Sequence record: MW394391.1
Direction: 5' to 3' (one strand)
Source of the DNA: Klebsiella phage vB_KpM_FBKp24
DNA: 64,000 nucleotides
How positions within the stretch are numbered: position 1 is the first letter of the stretch; each line of letters begins with the position of its first letter. Under the pieces are notes generated by a model that saw nothing but the letters and a program-made list of their open reading frames with translations, did no database searches and was not told the origin of the DNA. The position numbers and the translations under genes were made by a program. Shown piece after piece: positions 34,878 through 44,378 of this stretch.

Positions 34878-34944
34878 ATATTGACTCGCTTATGTAAGTG
34901 TGTTTAAAGGGTAAATTTTAAGTTTACTATCTCAATTGCATAAT

Positions 34945-34965
34945 AGGGATATAGATGTCAAATTT
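34945..34965 (-). promoter_or_regulatory. recurrent promoter-like motif variant (minus: AAATTTGACATCTATATCCC)
   Basis: About 60 nt upstream of membrane protein gene 34470..34877. Confidence 0.4.
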
Positions 34966-35506
34966 GTTTGATATCGAGTTCGGGGATAGGCATTTCACGA
35001 AAGATACATTCGTTCTCTACTACTGCCCCTAAACCACCTTCCGCATAAACAGCCTTTAACCCGCGTTTCTGATACCGGCGTTTACCGATGGGGGTTTCTG
35101 ACATGCTGTCATTAGTGAAGAGAAGAAATATTCTTTTCCCATCAAAGTCAGTGTAGAGAGAATAGTCCGTTTCGACCCCTTCCTCTTCACCATCCTCGGC
35201 AAAGCAGAAATCAACAACACCCATTGATATTAACCAGAAGAGGCGCTTGTACTCCCCCAGAAGTTTCGTGTCATCGAGGAGTATTTCCCCGGGTTGGTTG
35301 ATCCTCTCCACGATACTTGCATCGATCAGTTCTGCGTTAGGTTCTTCGGGATCGTACAGATCAGAAAGTATATCCCATGCCCCATCTCTTCCAACGCTGA
35401 CAAAAAGAAACTGATCATTGTCTTCATCGTACATCACCTTGAGACAGTCTTTCTCGATCAGACTTAAAGCGGTACGATACTTTTCTAATAAAGATTCGTT
35501 TTCCAT
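34958..35506 (-). CDS. hypothetical acidic protein (182 aa)
   Basis: ORF in gene train. Confidence 0.5.
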   Translation of the reverse strand: MENESLLEKYRTALSLIEKDCLKVMYDEDNDQFLFVSVGRDGAWDILSDLYDPEEPNAELIDASIVERINQPGEILLDDTKLLGEYKRLFWLISMGVVDFCFAEDGEEEGVETDYSLYTDFDGKRIFLLFTNDSMSETPIGKRRYQKRGLKAVYAEGGLGAVVENECIFREMPIPELDIKQI

Positions 35507-35938
35507 TTAATTCACCTCAATTTGCATAAAGTTTTGTCTTGCGTTTACGTAGATATCAAGTTGGACATCATCCCGAGTACAGTAGTCAAAGAAATCAAAC
35601 TTTGACCCGAAGAAACGATACAAACTGGCCCAACCTCCGTAATTGTCAATATGCTGAGAAAATTGTTCAAAGACGGCAAAAACTCTATCCGGGTCATCAT
35701 TGGATTCTGTATCCTCCGCGCTGTCTATACAGCAAGGATCAATATACATCTGATACGCTTGCTCCGCAAAAGAATGATGAAGAATATCCCCGGCGTGTTT
35801 AGAGTCCGCATTTTCAGACGTACAAACCACCGCCCAGAAAAGTGCCGTCATGACATTTTCTCTGTCCTCTGTACGTTCAATTCTCCGCAGCCCGATTGCC
35901 AGTCTTTCCGGAATTTCAACTATGAAGGTCTTCTCCAA
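35507..35938 (-). CDS. hypothetical protein (143 aa)
   Basis: ORF in gene train. Confidence 0.5.
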   Translation of the reverse strand: MEKTFIVEIPERLAIGLRRIERTEDRENVMTALFWAVVCTSENADSKHAGDILHHSFAEQAYQMYIDPCCIDSAEDTESNDDPDRVFAVFEQFSQHIDNYGGWASLYRFFGSKFDFFDYCTRDDVQLDIYVNARQNFMQIEVN

Positions 35939-37055
35939 TTTCTTTTACCCTCAGTACAAAATAGAAATGACCTTCCGTTGCGAGATTATGCGGATTGCCC
36001 TCTATAGTACAACCGTTCCATATCTGGAGGTCGTAATTACTTTCTTTCTCGATGATTTCCACTGGCTTTCCGTAATCAGAGAAAAAGTTAAACAAATTCT
36101 CTTTTACGTAAATCAGGAGTTTATCGCCGTCAAGGTCAACCCCCGGTTTCTTCAATTTTAGCTTAAGGATAAAGTCATTTTTATCCAATTCAAGAACCGC
36201 GTTGGCAACAAAATCTTGACCCTGCGTTAGATCAATTGTTGATTTTCCTTTCAACTCCTTGACAGTGATATTTTTCAGCACTGTCTCAGAAATGTAATCG
36301 GAAATTTTACGAGAGAAGAAACCGATGCTGTCAATATACTCTTTTTCTAGCTGTGTTTTCATTTCCTCGCTGAATGACAGGAGTTGTTTATAAACATCCG
36401 CTGGCGTTCCTTTTACCGAGAATTTATTTACATACGCCCCGGCAGAACAAAGAACGATTTCATCGATTCTTTTTTCCCTGTCGCGGAAAATGTCCCACGG
36501 AGAATAAAGAATAGTAAAACTCCGGTCCTCGCTGAGTTTTTCACTAAGCCACATCATCCAACCGCGCAAAAGTGTTTTACGGTTATCAGTATGGGAACAA
36601 TAACCGTATTGCGATCTGCTACTCGATGAAAAACCGTACATCTTGGTTTTAGCTTCCGTCAGGCACCTGACCTCATCATCCCAGTCGTCAATTTCAACCG
36701 CCGGTGCAATACGGTAAATTCCCATAAAGTCACGATGAAGAAAAACAGAAACAGAGTTGAGCGAACTACTTACACGCGCGATAACTGTATTTTCTCCCCT
36801 GACCAACATACTTTCCTTTCTTGATAACTCCCCCTGAAGATTTTTAAGGGTCTCGTCACCAGGTAGTAAAGATTGGATGAGATCTTTCTCTACTTCTTTT
36901 TTGGTCTTCAGCCAATATTCATCCGGATTTTCAATTTCAGCGGCGGGCCGTGAGGGGCCCTTTTCCTTTTTACCATGGTTGAAACCTTTATAAACACAGA
37001 AGAGAAGGATAGCGGTAAAAATACAGAACATGGAAATACCAAATGTATCGATCAT
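35916..37055 (-). CDS. membrane-anchored hypothetical protein (379 aa)
   Basis: N-terminal helix ISMFCIFTAILLFCVY followed by a large soluble domain. Confidence 0.55.
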   Translation of the reverse strand: MIDTFGISMFCIFTAILLFCVYKGFNHGKKEKGPSRPAAEIENPDEYWLKTKKEVEKDLIQSLLPGDETLKNLQGELSRKESMLVRGENTVIARVSSSLNSVSVFLHRDFMGIYRIAPAVEIDDWDDEVRCLTEAKTKMYGFSSSSRSQYGYCSHTDNRKTLLRGWMMWLSEKLSEDRSFTILYSPWDIFRDREKRIDEIVLCSAGAYVNKFSVKGTPADVYKQLLSFSEEMKTQLEKEYIDSIGFFSRKISDYISETVLKNITVKELKGKSTIDLTQGQDFVANAVLELDKNDFILKLKLKKPGVDLDGDKLLIYVKENLFNFFSDYGKPVEIIEKESNYDLQIWNGCTIEGNPHNLATEGHFYFVLRVKEIGEDLHS

Positions 37056-37255
37056 TTTTTATTTTCCTTTGAGAATTCAACAAATTCTCCGGCAAATTGA
37101 ACCAGTTCAGCGCCATTAGGTTGCGTATCGGTATTCAGCATACCTGCAGCCACCAAGACGTCGTAAAGCGCTTCTGCTAACAGTTTGCGTTGATGGAAAA
37201 CTTCGTTCGGATCGGTATCAGGAAGATAGACTTTAGACATGTTTAATTTCTCCAT
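37052..37255 (-). CDS. small hypothetical protein (67 aa)
   Basis: ORF, 4-nt overlap with upstream gene. Confidence 0.4.
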   Translation of the reverse strand: MEKLNMSKVYLPDTDPNEVFHQRKLLAEALYDVLVAAGMLNTDTQPNGAELVQFAGEFVEFSKENKK

Positions 37256-37260
37256 TAGAG

Positions 37261-37665
37261 TTAGTGTTTGTTATTTACCACTACGGACGCCTTCTCAGGG
37301 TTGGAATCGTGCGCCACGATAATCTCCCCGATATCTTCACGGAAGACGTATTTCAATGTTGTCGATAACGCGTCATTGTGAATGATATCGATTACACCAC
37401 TTTTCTCGTTCTGAGTTTGAATGGTTAAGTCAATACTTTCCCATTCAACGATATCCAACTCACGGTTAGACGACATAAACCAAATGTTATCACCTACGCC
37501 GTCCTTTGTATCCGTGAAAACGGCCAAGTAACGTTCATTAGGGATAAGGTGAGTAAAGCGATCACTGGCAATCCAGAAAGGGATGAGCACATTACCAAAT
37601 CTCAACACGAGATTGGCTTGCTCGCCTTTGTCATTAACGGGAACTTCATCATTCTCTAGAATCAT
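37261..37665 (-). CDS. hypothetical protein (134 aa)
   Basis: ORF in gene train. Confidence 0.45.
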   Translation of the reverse strand: MILENDEVPVNDKGEQANLVLRFGNVLIPFWIASDRFTHLIPNERYLAVFTDTKDGVGDNIWFMSSNRELDIVEWESIDLTIQTQNEKSGVIDIIHNDALSTTLKYVFREDIGEIIVAHDSNPEKASVVVNNKH

Positions 37666-37666
37666 A

Positions 37667-38602
37667 CTACTCCCCTCCGAAAGATTGCTGAATAGCTGTA
37701 CGTATATCGATAATTGGGAGAGGAATAATTGTATCCCAATCCAGCGCCGGGCGGGCAGCGATAAATGCGTTGCGGCGTCTCTGTAGTTCTTCCTTTAACA
37801 GGTCATCATCTTTAAAATAATACCCTTTCTCCAGAAGATCAAAGATTTCTATTTCGCCTACGCCGAATTCATCGACTAATTTCCAGTAAACCTCAAAGCC
37901 ATCATCGGTCAACCAACCCGGTGCTGTTCCGCCATGTTCTTCCCAGCCCAGTTCCCCTAATTGATAAGCCGTCCAATAATAGACAGGGTCAGGGACAATT
38001 TTATTTTTATTATTGAATCGTTCCCTGTAAGTCTCGTAAGAGGAACACCCTGGTTTTTCCATCCATTTCCGTAACGCGATATGAGTCATGTACTTTAACA
38101 TGAAGTAACGGATACGCGCAGAGGCGTCGATGCGGGAAAGTGAATCTGGATTTACAACTTCCTGCGCTACCGGGACGTAGGGATCAGCATCTTCAATTTG
38201 AATAAAGAGATGCGATTTCTCCAAAAACAACACTGTCAATCGACCAAGGTTGGTAAGTTTACCTTCTTTAGTAAGAATCTTTTGCTCCACTGCACGGTCA
38301 ATGAAAAATTCGATACCGCCAGCGAAACCGAAAAAGTCCGCAAAAGGAGAAAGGCCGGATACGGCCTTTATTTGCGCTAACCAGAAAACTTGTGTGTCGT
38401 GCGGCGTACCGCAGCCACAAAATCCAAGGGTATCGTAAAGAAAGAATTGTTCGGCGTCAGAAAAAACAGTCTTTACTCCGTTTAGAAGGATTGAGGTATC
38501 GCCGCGCCAGCTCTCCAATATTTCCATTGTAGGTTCGTCCAATAAAGGTATAATCGGATTTTGTTCTCTCATGCTACCGTATTTTATTTCAATAGTTTCC
38601 AT
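37667..38602 (-). CDS. hypothetical protein (311 aa)
   Basis: Long ORF. Confidence 0.5.
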   Translation of the reverse strand: METIEIKYGSMREQNPIIPLLDEPTMEILESWRGDTSILLNGVKTVFSDAEQFFLYDTLGFCGCGTPHDTQVFWLAQIKAVSGLSPFADFFGFAGGIEFFIDRAVEQKILTKEGKLTNLGRLTVLFLEKSHLFIQIEDADPYVPVAQEVVNPDSLSRIDASARIRYFMLKYMTHIALRKWMEKPGCSSYETYRERFNNKNKIVPDPVYYWTAYQLGELGWEEHGGTAPGWLTDDGFEVYWKLVDEFGVGEIEIFDLLEKGYYFKDDDLLKEELQRRRNAFIAARPALDWDTIIPLPIIDIRTAIQQSFGGE

Positions 38603-38612
38603 GTTAGTTTCC

Positions 38613-38960
38613 TCAATGTAAATACTGTTGATTTGGTGGGGTAAAGTAAATGGTTACGGGGGGATCGTTATTAAAGATAACGTCTAGGTCCGCACTCGTG
38701 TCTGTATTTGAAACAACTTTAACCCAAGTAAATGTATAAGTTTCGTGCTTATTTAACGCGTTGAGAATGGAGGCCATTTCTGACTTTCCAATATTATCAA
38801 GGCAATAAAGAGGGTTGTAGATAATGTTAGTTTCCGTTTCTTTCCGTGGGTACATTAAGAGATATACTTTGCCCACTTCCATTCCAGCTGGGCCCTCTTT
38901 TACAGATGAGAAACGATAAACAAGATCTCTTCCGTGTAAACTGAAAATACTCTGATTCAC
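38613..38960 (-). CDS. hypothetical protein (115 aa)
   Basis: ORF in gene train. Confidence 0.45.
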   Translation of the reverse strand: MNQSIFSLHGRDLVYRFSSVKEGPAGMEVGKVYLLMYPRKETETNIIYNPLYCLDNIGKSEMASILNALNKHETYTFTWVKVVSNTDTSADLDVIFNNDPPVTIYFTPPNQQYLH

Positions 38961-38989
38961 GTGCTCACCTTCCGTTTCAGATTAAGCGA

Positions 38990-39027
38990 ATAGAAAATAA
39001 AAAAGGAGAGGCGAAAGCCTCTCCTTT
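38990..39027 (-). terminator. intrinsic terminator hairpin
   Basis: aaggagaggc-gaaa-gcctctcctt stem-loop followed by a U-run on the minus transcript. Confidence 0.7.
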
Positions 39028-39042
39028 TATTCAGCGATAGGG

Positions 39043-39555
39043 TCAATGAACAATCTTAATGAGAACTTCATTAATCGAACACAGAACCGAATCATCTTTA
39101 CGGTTATTGGCGTAAAAATACGCGTATTCATTCCCTTCGTCGTCAGGAAGTACCGTGAAGGAAATGTCAGCCGCAACCTCCAGCCCAGTATAGAACCAGC
39201 CCGTAGAAAGTTTCCCTGGGACCAAATCTACTCTTAAAGCCATAGGTATTAAACTGTCGTAACCACCTATCGCTTTAACTACAGTCACGCAATTTAGTCC
39301 GGGGACCAGGGTCTGGTTATTTCGATGTCGTTCAGAAATATCCCCTAAAGTATGAGAATGAGACTGATGTTGGAATAACGTATAAGTGGCAACGTCACAC
39401 GAGAAAGCCCCTTTATAGAGTTCATCGTTTTTTAACTCAACACCAGGCGGGAGCGGATAGATCTTCATCATAACCACACCTCCTGTATTAGAGAGCGAAC
39501 TGGTCTTCAGTAGCGACCTTATTTCTTCAACGGTCATTTCCTTTATTTCGGGCAT
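39043..39555 (-). CDS. hypothetical protein (170 aa)
   Basis: ORF downstream of terminator 38990-39027. Confidence 0.5.
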   Translation of the reverse strand: MPEIKEMTVEEIRSLLKTSSLSNTGGVVMMKIYPLPPGVELKNDELYKGAFSCDVATYTLFQHQSHSHTLGDISERHRNNQTLVPGLNCVTVVKAIGGYDSLIPMALRVDLVPGKLSTGWFYTGLEVAADISFTVLPDDEGNEYAYFYANNRKDDSVLCSINEVLIKIVH

Positions 39556-39571
39556 TTGTTTCTCTCTGTTT

Positions 39572-40021
39572 TTAATTAGCAGGCGGCGGGTTGTTTTTCA
39601 GCCGATTTGCTTCCATTACCGGTAAATTAGCCTCAGTTGGGACGTAGATAACCTGATTCTTGGTTTGCTGTAAACTGTCTACCCAAAGGTAACGTAGATA
39701 CGCTTCGTTATTCTTCAGGCTGTCACCGATGATCTTGTTGGCCCGTGCTACGCCGCCAGCACGAATGACTTCTGCTTCGGCTAAGCTTTTAGCTGACTCT
39801 TTCTTAGCCTCCGCCTCCTGCACAGCTATTTGACGGTCTTGAGTGGCCTTCATCAGCGCGGCCTTACCTGCCATACCCTGCTGCCATACGTTGTAATACG
39901 GGCAGCCTGCCATGAGTAGTACAATAAAAGCCACAACTCCGATTGCTACCCATTTACCTACTTTCTTCAACAATGCTTTCAGTGTCTCATTGTCGGTGTC
40001 GGTGTTATTGTAATAGCGCAT
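39572..40021 (-). CDS. membrane-anchored protein with SPFH/HflC-like C-terminal coiled region (149 aa)
   Basis: N-terminal transmembrane helix (VAIGVVAFIVLLMAG) then Ala/Glu-rich segment QEAEAKKESAKSLAEAEVIRAGG...AYLRYLW resembling band-7 C-termini. Confidence 0.4.
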   Translation of the reverse strand: MRYYNNTDTDNETLKALLKKVGKWVAIGVVAFIVLLMAGCPYYNVWQQGMAGKAALMKATQDRQIAVQEAEAKKESAKSLAEAEVIRAGGVARANKIIGDSLKNNEAYLRYLWVDSLQQTKNQVIYVPTEANLPVMEANRLKNNPPPAN

Positions 40022-40272
40022 TATTTTTCCTGTTTAGTTAAGGTTAGTGGTTCACGCGCCATAACTTCATTGACGGTTACTCTTAGACCGGACTGCGCAA
40101 GGATTGCAACCACCTCTTCGGCGCGTTCCGTGGATACGTCAGGTTCGCCGGCTATTTGATTGAGCGTTGTCTCAATGCAGTATTTATTCAGTAATTCTGA
40201 AATAAGTTTACCGATGGAGCTTTTACCCGTTCGTGCCGGGCCGATTATATTGATCGTAATTTCGTTTTTCAT
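40021..40272 (-). CDS. small P-loop protein (83 aa), possibly truncated kinase or ATPase
   Basis: Walker A IIGPARTGKSS but too short for a full NTPase fold; TAATG overlap with downstream gene. Confidence 0.4.
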   Translation of the reverse strand: MKNEITINIIGPARTGKSSIGKLISELLNKYCIETTLNQIAGEPDVSTERAEEVVAILAQSGLRVTVNEVMAREPLTLTKQEK

Positions 40273-40299
40273 TTTGTTTTCCTGTTAGGTTAAACTAAA

Positions 40300-40989
40300 T
40301 CATTTATTGGTTTTGGTGATATACCATTTCCAAAGACCGTAGAACGCGTTCATCAAGAACACCGCCCATTGCGCAACCTGCGCCCATGAACCCGGTTGAT
40401 TAAGCGCCGGGATCACCCACAGATAAATCGTGACGCAGTTGATAATGATCCAGAGAATCCATTGCTCTGGCTGCTGCTTGATCATCATCCACATGGCGAT
40501 GAGCGATGCGACTAAGCAGAATGCGTCTAAGGCAGGAAACGGATCCTGCGTCGTTTTCAGGTATTCGGTCAGGCCATACCAGAAGATAACCCCAACAACC
40601 AGATATGTTATCACGTCACGTAAAGTGATCGTTTTAACCGCTACGTCAGCTTTGGCTGGAGTTTTGCCCAGGTCTTTCGTCCAGTAATAAATACCGATAA
40701 ACTGCATGGGAAGGTAAATAGCGTTCAACGCCGCATTCGCGTAGAGTCCGGTATTGTACGAAACAATACCGTAGGTAATTACACCAACGGTTCCCCAGTA
40801 GTAATTGGAGACACGACCTTTCGCTACCAGAATAACGCAGATCACGTTAGTCAGCGCCGCCGTAAATTCAAGTGGGCTGGCGCTCCAGCTACCAGCGCCC
40901 ACTAAGATCAACGCAATGATCAGCCAAAGGTATTCGACTTTCTTCCAGTGCGCAAAGTCAGTGAACGTTTTCAATACAAGTGTATTCAT
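40300..40989 (-). CDS. pnuC: nicotinamide riboside transporter PnuC
   Basis: Multi-pass membrane protein aligning with PnuC (YYWGTVGVITYGIVSY..., WILWIIINCVTIYLWV). Confidence 0.85.
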   Translation of the reverse strand: MNTLVLKTFTDFAHWKKVEYLWLIIALILVGAGSWSASPLEFTAALTNVICVILVAKGRVSNYYWGTVGVITYGIVSYNTGLYANAALNAIYLPMQFIGIYYWTKDLGKTPAKADVAVKTITLRDVITYLVVGVIFWYGLTEYLKTTQDPFPALDAFCLVASLIAMWMMIKQQPEQWILWIIINCVTIYLWVIPALNQPGSWAQVAQWAVFLMNAFYGLWKWYITKTNK

Positions 40990-41027
40990 TTTGTGCTCGC
41001 TCGTTGATAGTTGAGAAAAATGGAAAT

Positions 41028-41056
41028 ATAACCTGCGCTATGAATATTGAGGTTAT
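41028..41056 (-). promoter_or_regulatory. inverted repeat ATAACCT-N15-AGGTTAT in the nadR-pnuC intergenic region, candidate operator
   Basis: Perfect 7-bp arms about 40-70 nt upstream of the pnuC start, overlapping a TATATT -10-like hexamer on the minus strand. Confidence 0.3.
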
Positions 41057-41151
41057 CGCCGAACATAGCGCGATAAAGGGGATAACTGTCTCCCAGTATC
41101 CTCTTTATTTTACGTTGCGTACGACGTTGATGGGTCATGTATCTATTCTCC

Positions 41152-42366
41152 TCAATCAGAAGACTTATGGTGACAGCGATCTTCGACACTATCTACCATC
41201 GCCTGAATCAAAGTAGTAATCGATCCGTCAGAAGGCGCGGTTTGGAACTTACCGGGCTCATCTTTCCGTACTGCGTCCCACCCCAGGAACCCTTCGTTAA
41301 ATGCCAGTAATTGATCTACGGCCGCACGGGCTTGATCTAAACGGCCTTTGTACGAGTCGCCAGTAATAAATACCGTACGCCCCCGAGGAGTTTGGTTTTT
41401 AAACTCCAGGAGCATTTGTTGGAATAACCCGTCAGTTTTCTCTCGATCCGGATTTAAACGCAAGCCGTCATCGACCCACGGGACTTCAGGAGACAGTATC
41501 AGAACGAGGTCGTAGTGTTCTTCGGCTGCGATGGCGGAGACGATAGGGTTAGGTTTACCTTCGTACAGACGATGGTAATACTCCGTGACGAAAGCGTTAG
41601 TATCGACGAAACAAAGTCGATTAGAGGTTCGTAACGCTTCCTCCTCCAACTCTTTGTGACGATACGCAATCAACGGGTAGTCAGAACTACGCAGTGTTAA
41701 CTCAGAGCCCGCTAAGACGGTTTCACAGTACGTACGGCCGTACTCTTCTACCCAGCTGGTGTTGTAGAGTTTAGCGAGGTTCTTGACGAGATTTGATTTA
41801 CCCGCGCTCTCGACACCCATGACGACAACCCGCAGACAATAGTCCTTACGGACAATACTGGGGAGATATTCCCAGTTGGCGTAAAGGTTATCACGTACTT
41901 TAGTGGCCGAGATAGGAACACGAGTACGTTCACTGTCAACGATGACGTGCTCAACAAAACCGAGGTGAGTTTTGTATTTCTCATCGTAATCCAGTTCGCT
42001 ACTGAAGATTGCGATAGATTGAGCTTGGCTGTGTTTAGCAGCCAGTTTCCCGGCCTCGCTGAAAATCTTTGCCCCTAATAAAGCGGCGTATTCCTGCCAG
42101 CCGTTAGGATATTCCGGCACCGAAGCTTCGTCGATGAAATCGATCGTAACGTGTTCGGTATCGGCGTAGGTTTGTTGCAACCAGCGCAGACGGTTTTTGA
42201 AGTTCAACACCTGCTGATCGCGGGGAGATTGTTTGTCCAACCAACGTTGGTCGTGAGATAATACCACGAGGACGTGTTTCGATTGGACAGCAGCTTCTGT
42301 AATTAGGTTGATGTGCCCCAAAGTCAGGGGTGCAAACTTACCGATGACGACGCCTAAATCAAACAT
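41152..42366 (-). CDS. nadR: bifunctional NMN adenylyltransferase / ribosylnicotinamide kinase (NadR-type, no helix-turn-helix domain)
   Basis: N-terminal NMNAT motifs GKFAPLTLGH and ISATKVRD; C-terminal kinase Walker A GVESAGKS. Confidence 0.9.
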   Translation of the reverse strand: MFDLGVVIGKFAPLTLGHINLITEAAVQSKHVLVVLSHDQRWLDKQSPRDQQVLNFKNRLRWLQQTYADTEHVTIDFIDEASVPEYPNGWQEYAALLGAKIFSEAGKLAAKHSQAQSIAIFSSELDYDEKYKTHLGFVEHVIVDSERTRVPISATKVRDNLYANWEYLPSIVRKDYCLRVVVMGVESAGKSNLVKNLAKLYNTSWVEEYGRTYCETVLAGSELTLRSSDYPLIAYRHKELEEEALRTSNRLCFVDTNAFVTEYYHRLYEGKPNPIVSAIAAEEHYDLVLILSPEVPWVDDGLRLNPDREKTDGLFQQMLLEFKNQTPRGRTVFITGDSYKGRLDQARAAVDQLLAFNEGFLGWDAVRKDEPGKFQTAPSDGSITTLIQAMVDSVEDRCHHKSSD

Positions 42367-42385
42367 TGACTTTCACCTCTTAAAC

Positions 42386-42697
42386 TCAAGCGAAATGATG
42401 ATACAAACGATGTAAGTGGTAACCTTTGTAGTTCATCGCGGTGAAGCCTTGTTCGTTCTTTACCACGACTTTGGCTGCGTAATCCTCCATCAAAAGGAAA
42501 TCGCGCCCTGACTTAGAAAGAATATCTCCATCATAAACCGGACCATCAACAATCAACTGATTCATGGTGCCGATGACATGCCCGACATCTTTGCGTTCGA
42601 GTAACATCGTCACGGTTTTCTCTAACTCGGCCGCGTACGCCAGATCGCTTTCTTCTTCGTTATCAAGATTGCAGATTTCGATAATGGTGTTCAACAT
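42386..42697 (-). CDS. hypothetical protein (103 aa)
   Basis: ORF in gene train. Confidence 0.45.
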   Translation of the reverse strand: MLNTIIEICNLDNEEESDLAYAAELEKTVTMLLERKDVGHVIGTMNQLIVDGPVYDGDILSKSGRDFLLMEDYAAKVVVKNEQGFTAMNYKGYHLHRLYHHFA

Positions 42698-42709
42698 TTT
42701 CTTTTCCTC

Positions 42710-43105
42710 TTATTCTTCAGTCCAGGGATGAATTTCCCAGTTACGTACTTTATACTTACGATTCTCAAATTGTCGGCTACGAATGTAAACATCGACCTTG
42801 AGGCTGGTTGCGGTTGGCACTAAAAATATAACGAGATGCGCAGGTTCATTTTGATAAACTTCCGCAATTGAAACAAACGCAGAGAAAGGGAGCGATTGCT
42901 TTTCTGCACGCCGGAAGTTATCGTACAGTAGTCGCACTGCGCGGCGAGCGAACAGTTGATCATGGTACCAGCTATGCCGAATACTTTTCCTTCCTGTCTT
43001 TAATTTCAAAAAGAACAGGCGTTTTTCCGCCCAAGGTAAAAGATAACCTACTCCCGTGAGTGCACCTGACCAGAACACCCACGATAGCGTTTTAAATAAA
43101 CCCAT
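42710..43105 (-). CDS. hypothetical protein with N-terminal hydrophobic helix (131 aa)
   Basis: ORF; N-terminus LSWVFWSGALTGVGYLL. Confidence 0.45.
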   Translation of the reverse strand: MGLFKTLSWVFWSGALTGVGYLLPWAEKRLFFLKLKTGRKSIRHSWYHDQLFARRAVRLLYDNFRRAEKQSLPFSAFVSIAEVYQNEPAHLVIFLVPTATSLKVDVYIRSRQFENRKYKVRNWEIHPWTEE

Positions 43106-43113
43106 AATTCTCC

Positions 43114-43347
43114 TTAATTAACGGGCGGTTTCTTGAAAGGATTATAGATATTCAGATACCAGATTAACCCCACGAAGATACCGATACAGATAAAAGGCCA
43201 TGCGATACCGATCGTCAGCACCTTCCACATTTTCATCCGTAAAACTACCCGACGATATTTTGGATTAACAATAGGTTTCCAAACGATCATCAGGAAAACC
43301 GCCAACCAAATAGCGCCGCCAGAAAAAGCGAGTATTGCGAGGTCCAT
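43114..43347 (-). CDS. small membrane protein (77 aa)
   Basis: Two hydrophobic helices. Confidence 0.4.
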   Translation of the reverse strand: MDLAILAFSGGAIWLAVFLMIVWKPIVNPKYRRVVLRMKMWKVLTIGIAWPFICIGIFVGLIWYLNIYNPFKKPPVN

Positions 43348-43356
43348 TTTCTCCTC

Positions 43357-43917
43357 CTAAAATGTATTGTTATTTGACGTCCAGTTTTTGTCTTCTGGGA
43401 ATTCAACGCCAACAAAAACTTCACTGACTAATGCTGGGATTATTTTAATTAAATCTTTTTCAATATTTTCCCAATGGGCGCAGTGTATAGCATGAAGTTT
43501 TTTGTAAGCAAGGCCACCCGAATTTGTCTTGATAATATTCAGTTCTTCTACTAAATCCCTGATCGGACAAATGTCGAACCATCCCTTTTTCGCACAGCGG
43601 TCAAACTCAAGTATTTCTTTTCGCGCTATGGTCCTTCTAAAGATATCGTCGCCTGGATCTGGCCAAGAAATGGCGCGGGTAATGGGGTGAAGATCGCGGA
43701 AAGTATCGATTGTTTTAAGGAAGAGTTCCTGGGATTTGTTCTTCCTGTTATTGACCCCTTGAAATGCGTTAATCGGTTTTTCGTCGTATTGAAGTAATGC
43801 GACTTGGTTGACCGGTTCTGTTTGTTCAGTCACCGGGCGAGAATTTACCGGGGGCGCAAGAAACAACTCCTTATCTTTTCCCGTTGCGATAACCACACCA
43901 AAAATTTTAATTAGCAT
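43357..43917 (-). CDS. hypothetical protein (186 aa)
   Basis: ORF in gene train. Confidence 0.5.
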   Translation of the reverse strand: MLIKIFGVVIATGKDKELFLAPPVNSRPVTEQTEPVNQVALLQYDEKPINAFQGVNNRKNKSQELFLKTIDTFRDLHPITRAISWPDPGDDIFRRTIARKEILEFDRCAKKGWFDICPIRDLVEELNIIKTNSGGLAYKKLHAIHCAHWENIEKDLIKIIPALVSEVFVGVEFPEDKNWTSNNNTF

Positions 43918-44178
43918 TTATAACCCCTTTACTGAGAATTGCTTTAAACCATGACGATAATGAACCCGACTCTTAAGTCTACCACCCAAATCAACACATC
44001 GACGAAAACGTGCGTTTAACAGCGCCCTTCCGCAACGCCTCCCGCCAAAAAACTGAAATCCGGAATCAATCCCGTCAATATACTGTTTACCGATTTTAAT
44101 CAGAAACAAATGGTTTTTAGTAATCGAACTTCGTTTCAGTAAAGACCTTTGCTGCTTTAAACATTTCTTCAATGCCAT
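43918..44178 (-). CDS. small basic protein (about 86 aa from Met MALKKCLKQ)
   Basis: Strong AAGGAGGG ribosome-binding site before this ATG; the longer track ORF 43918..44307 is probably over-extended. Confidence 0.4.
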   Translation of the reverse strand: MALKKCLKQQRSLLKRSSITKNHLFLIKIGKQYIDGIDSGFQFFGGRRCGRALLNARFRRCVDLGGRLKSRVHYRHGLKQFSVKGL

Positions 44179-44188
44179 ATTTCCCTCC

Positions 44189-44314
44189 TTATTCCAAGGA
44201 ATTATAGAGCTTCTTACAGATTGCAAAGAATACCCTGAGAATAGCGCCGGAGATATACCACGCGCCGCCGTAACAAACAATGACAAAAATAAGAATTTTC
44301 CATTCAACGGGCAT
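44189..44314 (-). CDS. small membrane peptide (41 aa, MPVEWKILIFVIVCYGGAWYISGAILRVFFAICKKLYNSLE), not separately called in the track
   Basis: GGAGGTG ribosome-binding site; lies directly after terminator 44333-44375, which the over-long track ORF 44189..44554 improbably spans. Confidence 0.4.
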   Translation of the reverse strand: MPVEWKILIFVIVCYGGAWYISGAILRVFFAICKKLYNSLE

Positions 44315-44332
44315 ATTACACCTCCGGTATTT

Positions 44333-44375
44333 AAGAAATAAAATAAAGAGAGGGAGGGAATTTTCCCTCCCTCTC
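44333..44375 (-). terminator. intrinsic terminator hairpin
   Basis: gagagggagggaa-tttt-ccctccctctc stem-loop followed by UUUAUUUUAUUU on the minus transcript. Confidence 0.7.
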
Positions 44376-44378
44376 CGG

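Noticed and set aside
40986-41189. Track ORF 40986..41189 (67 aa) in the nadR-pnuC spacer
   Set aside because: It overlaps the nadR 3' end and spans the intergenic inverted repeat with no ribosome-binding site. The region is more plausibly regulatory.
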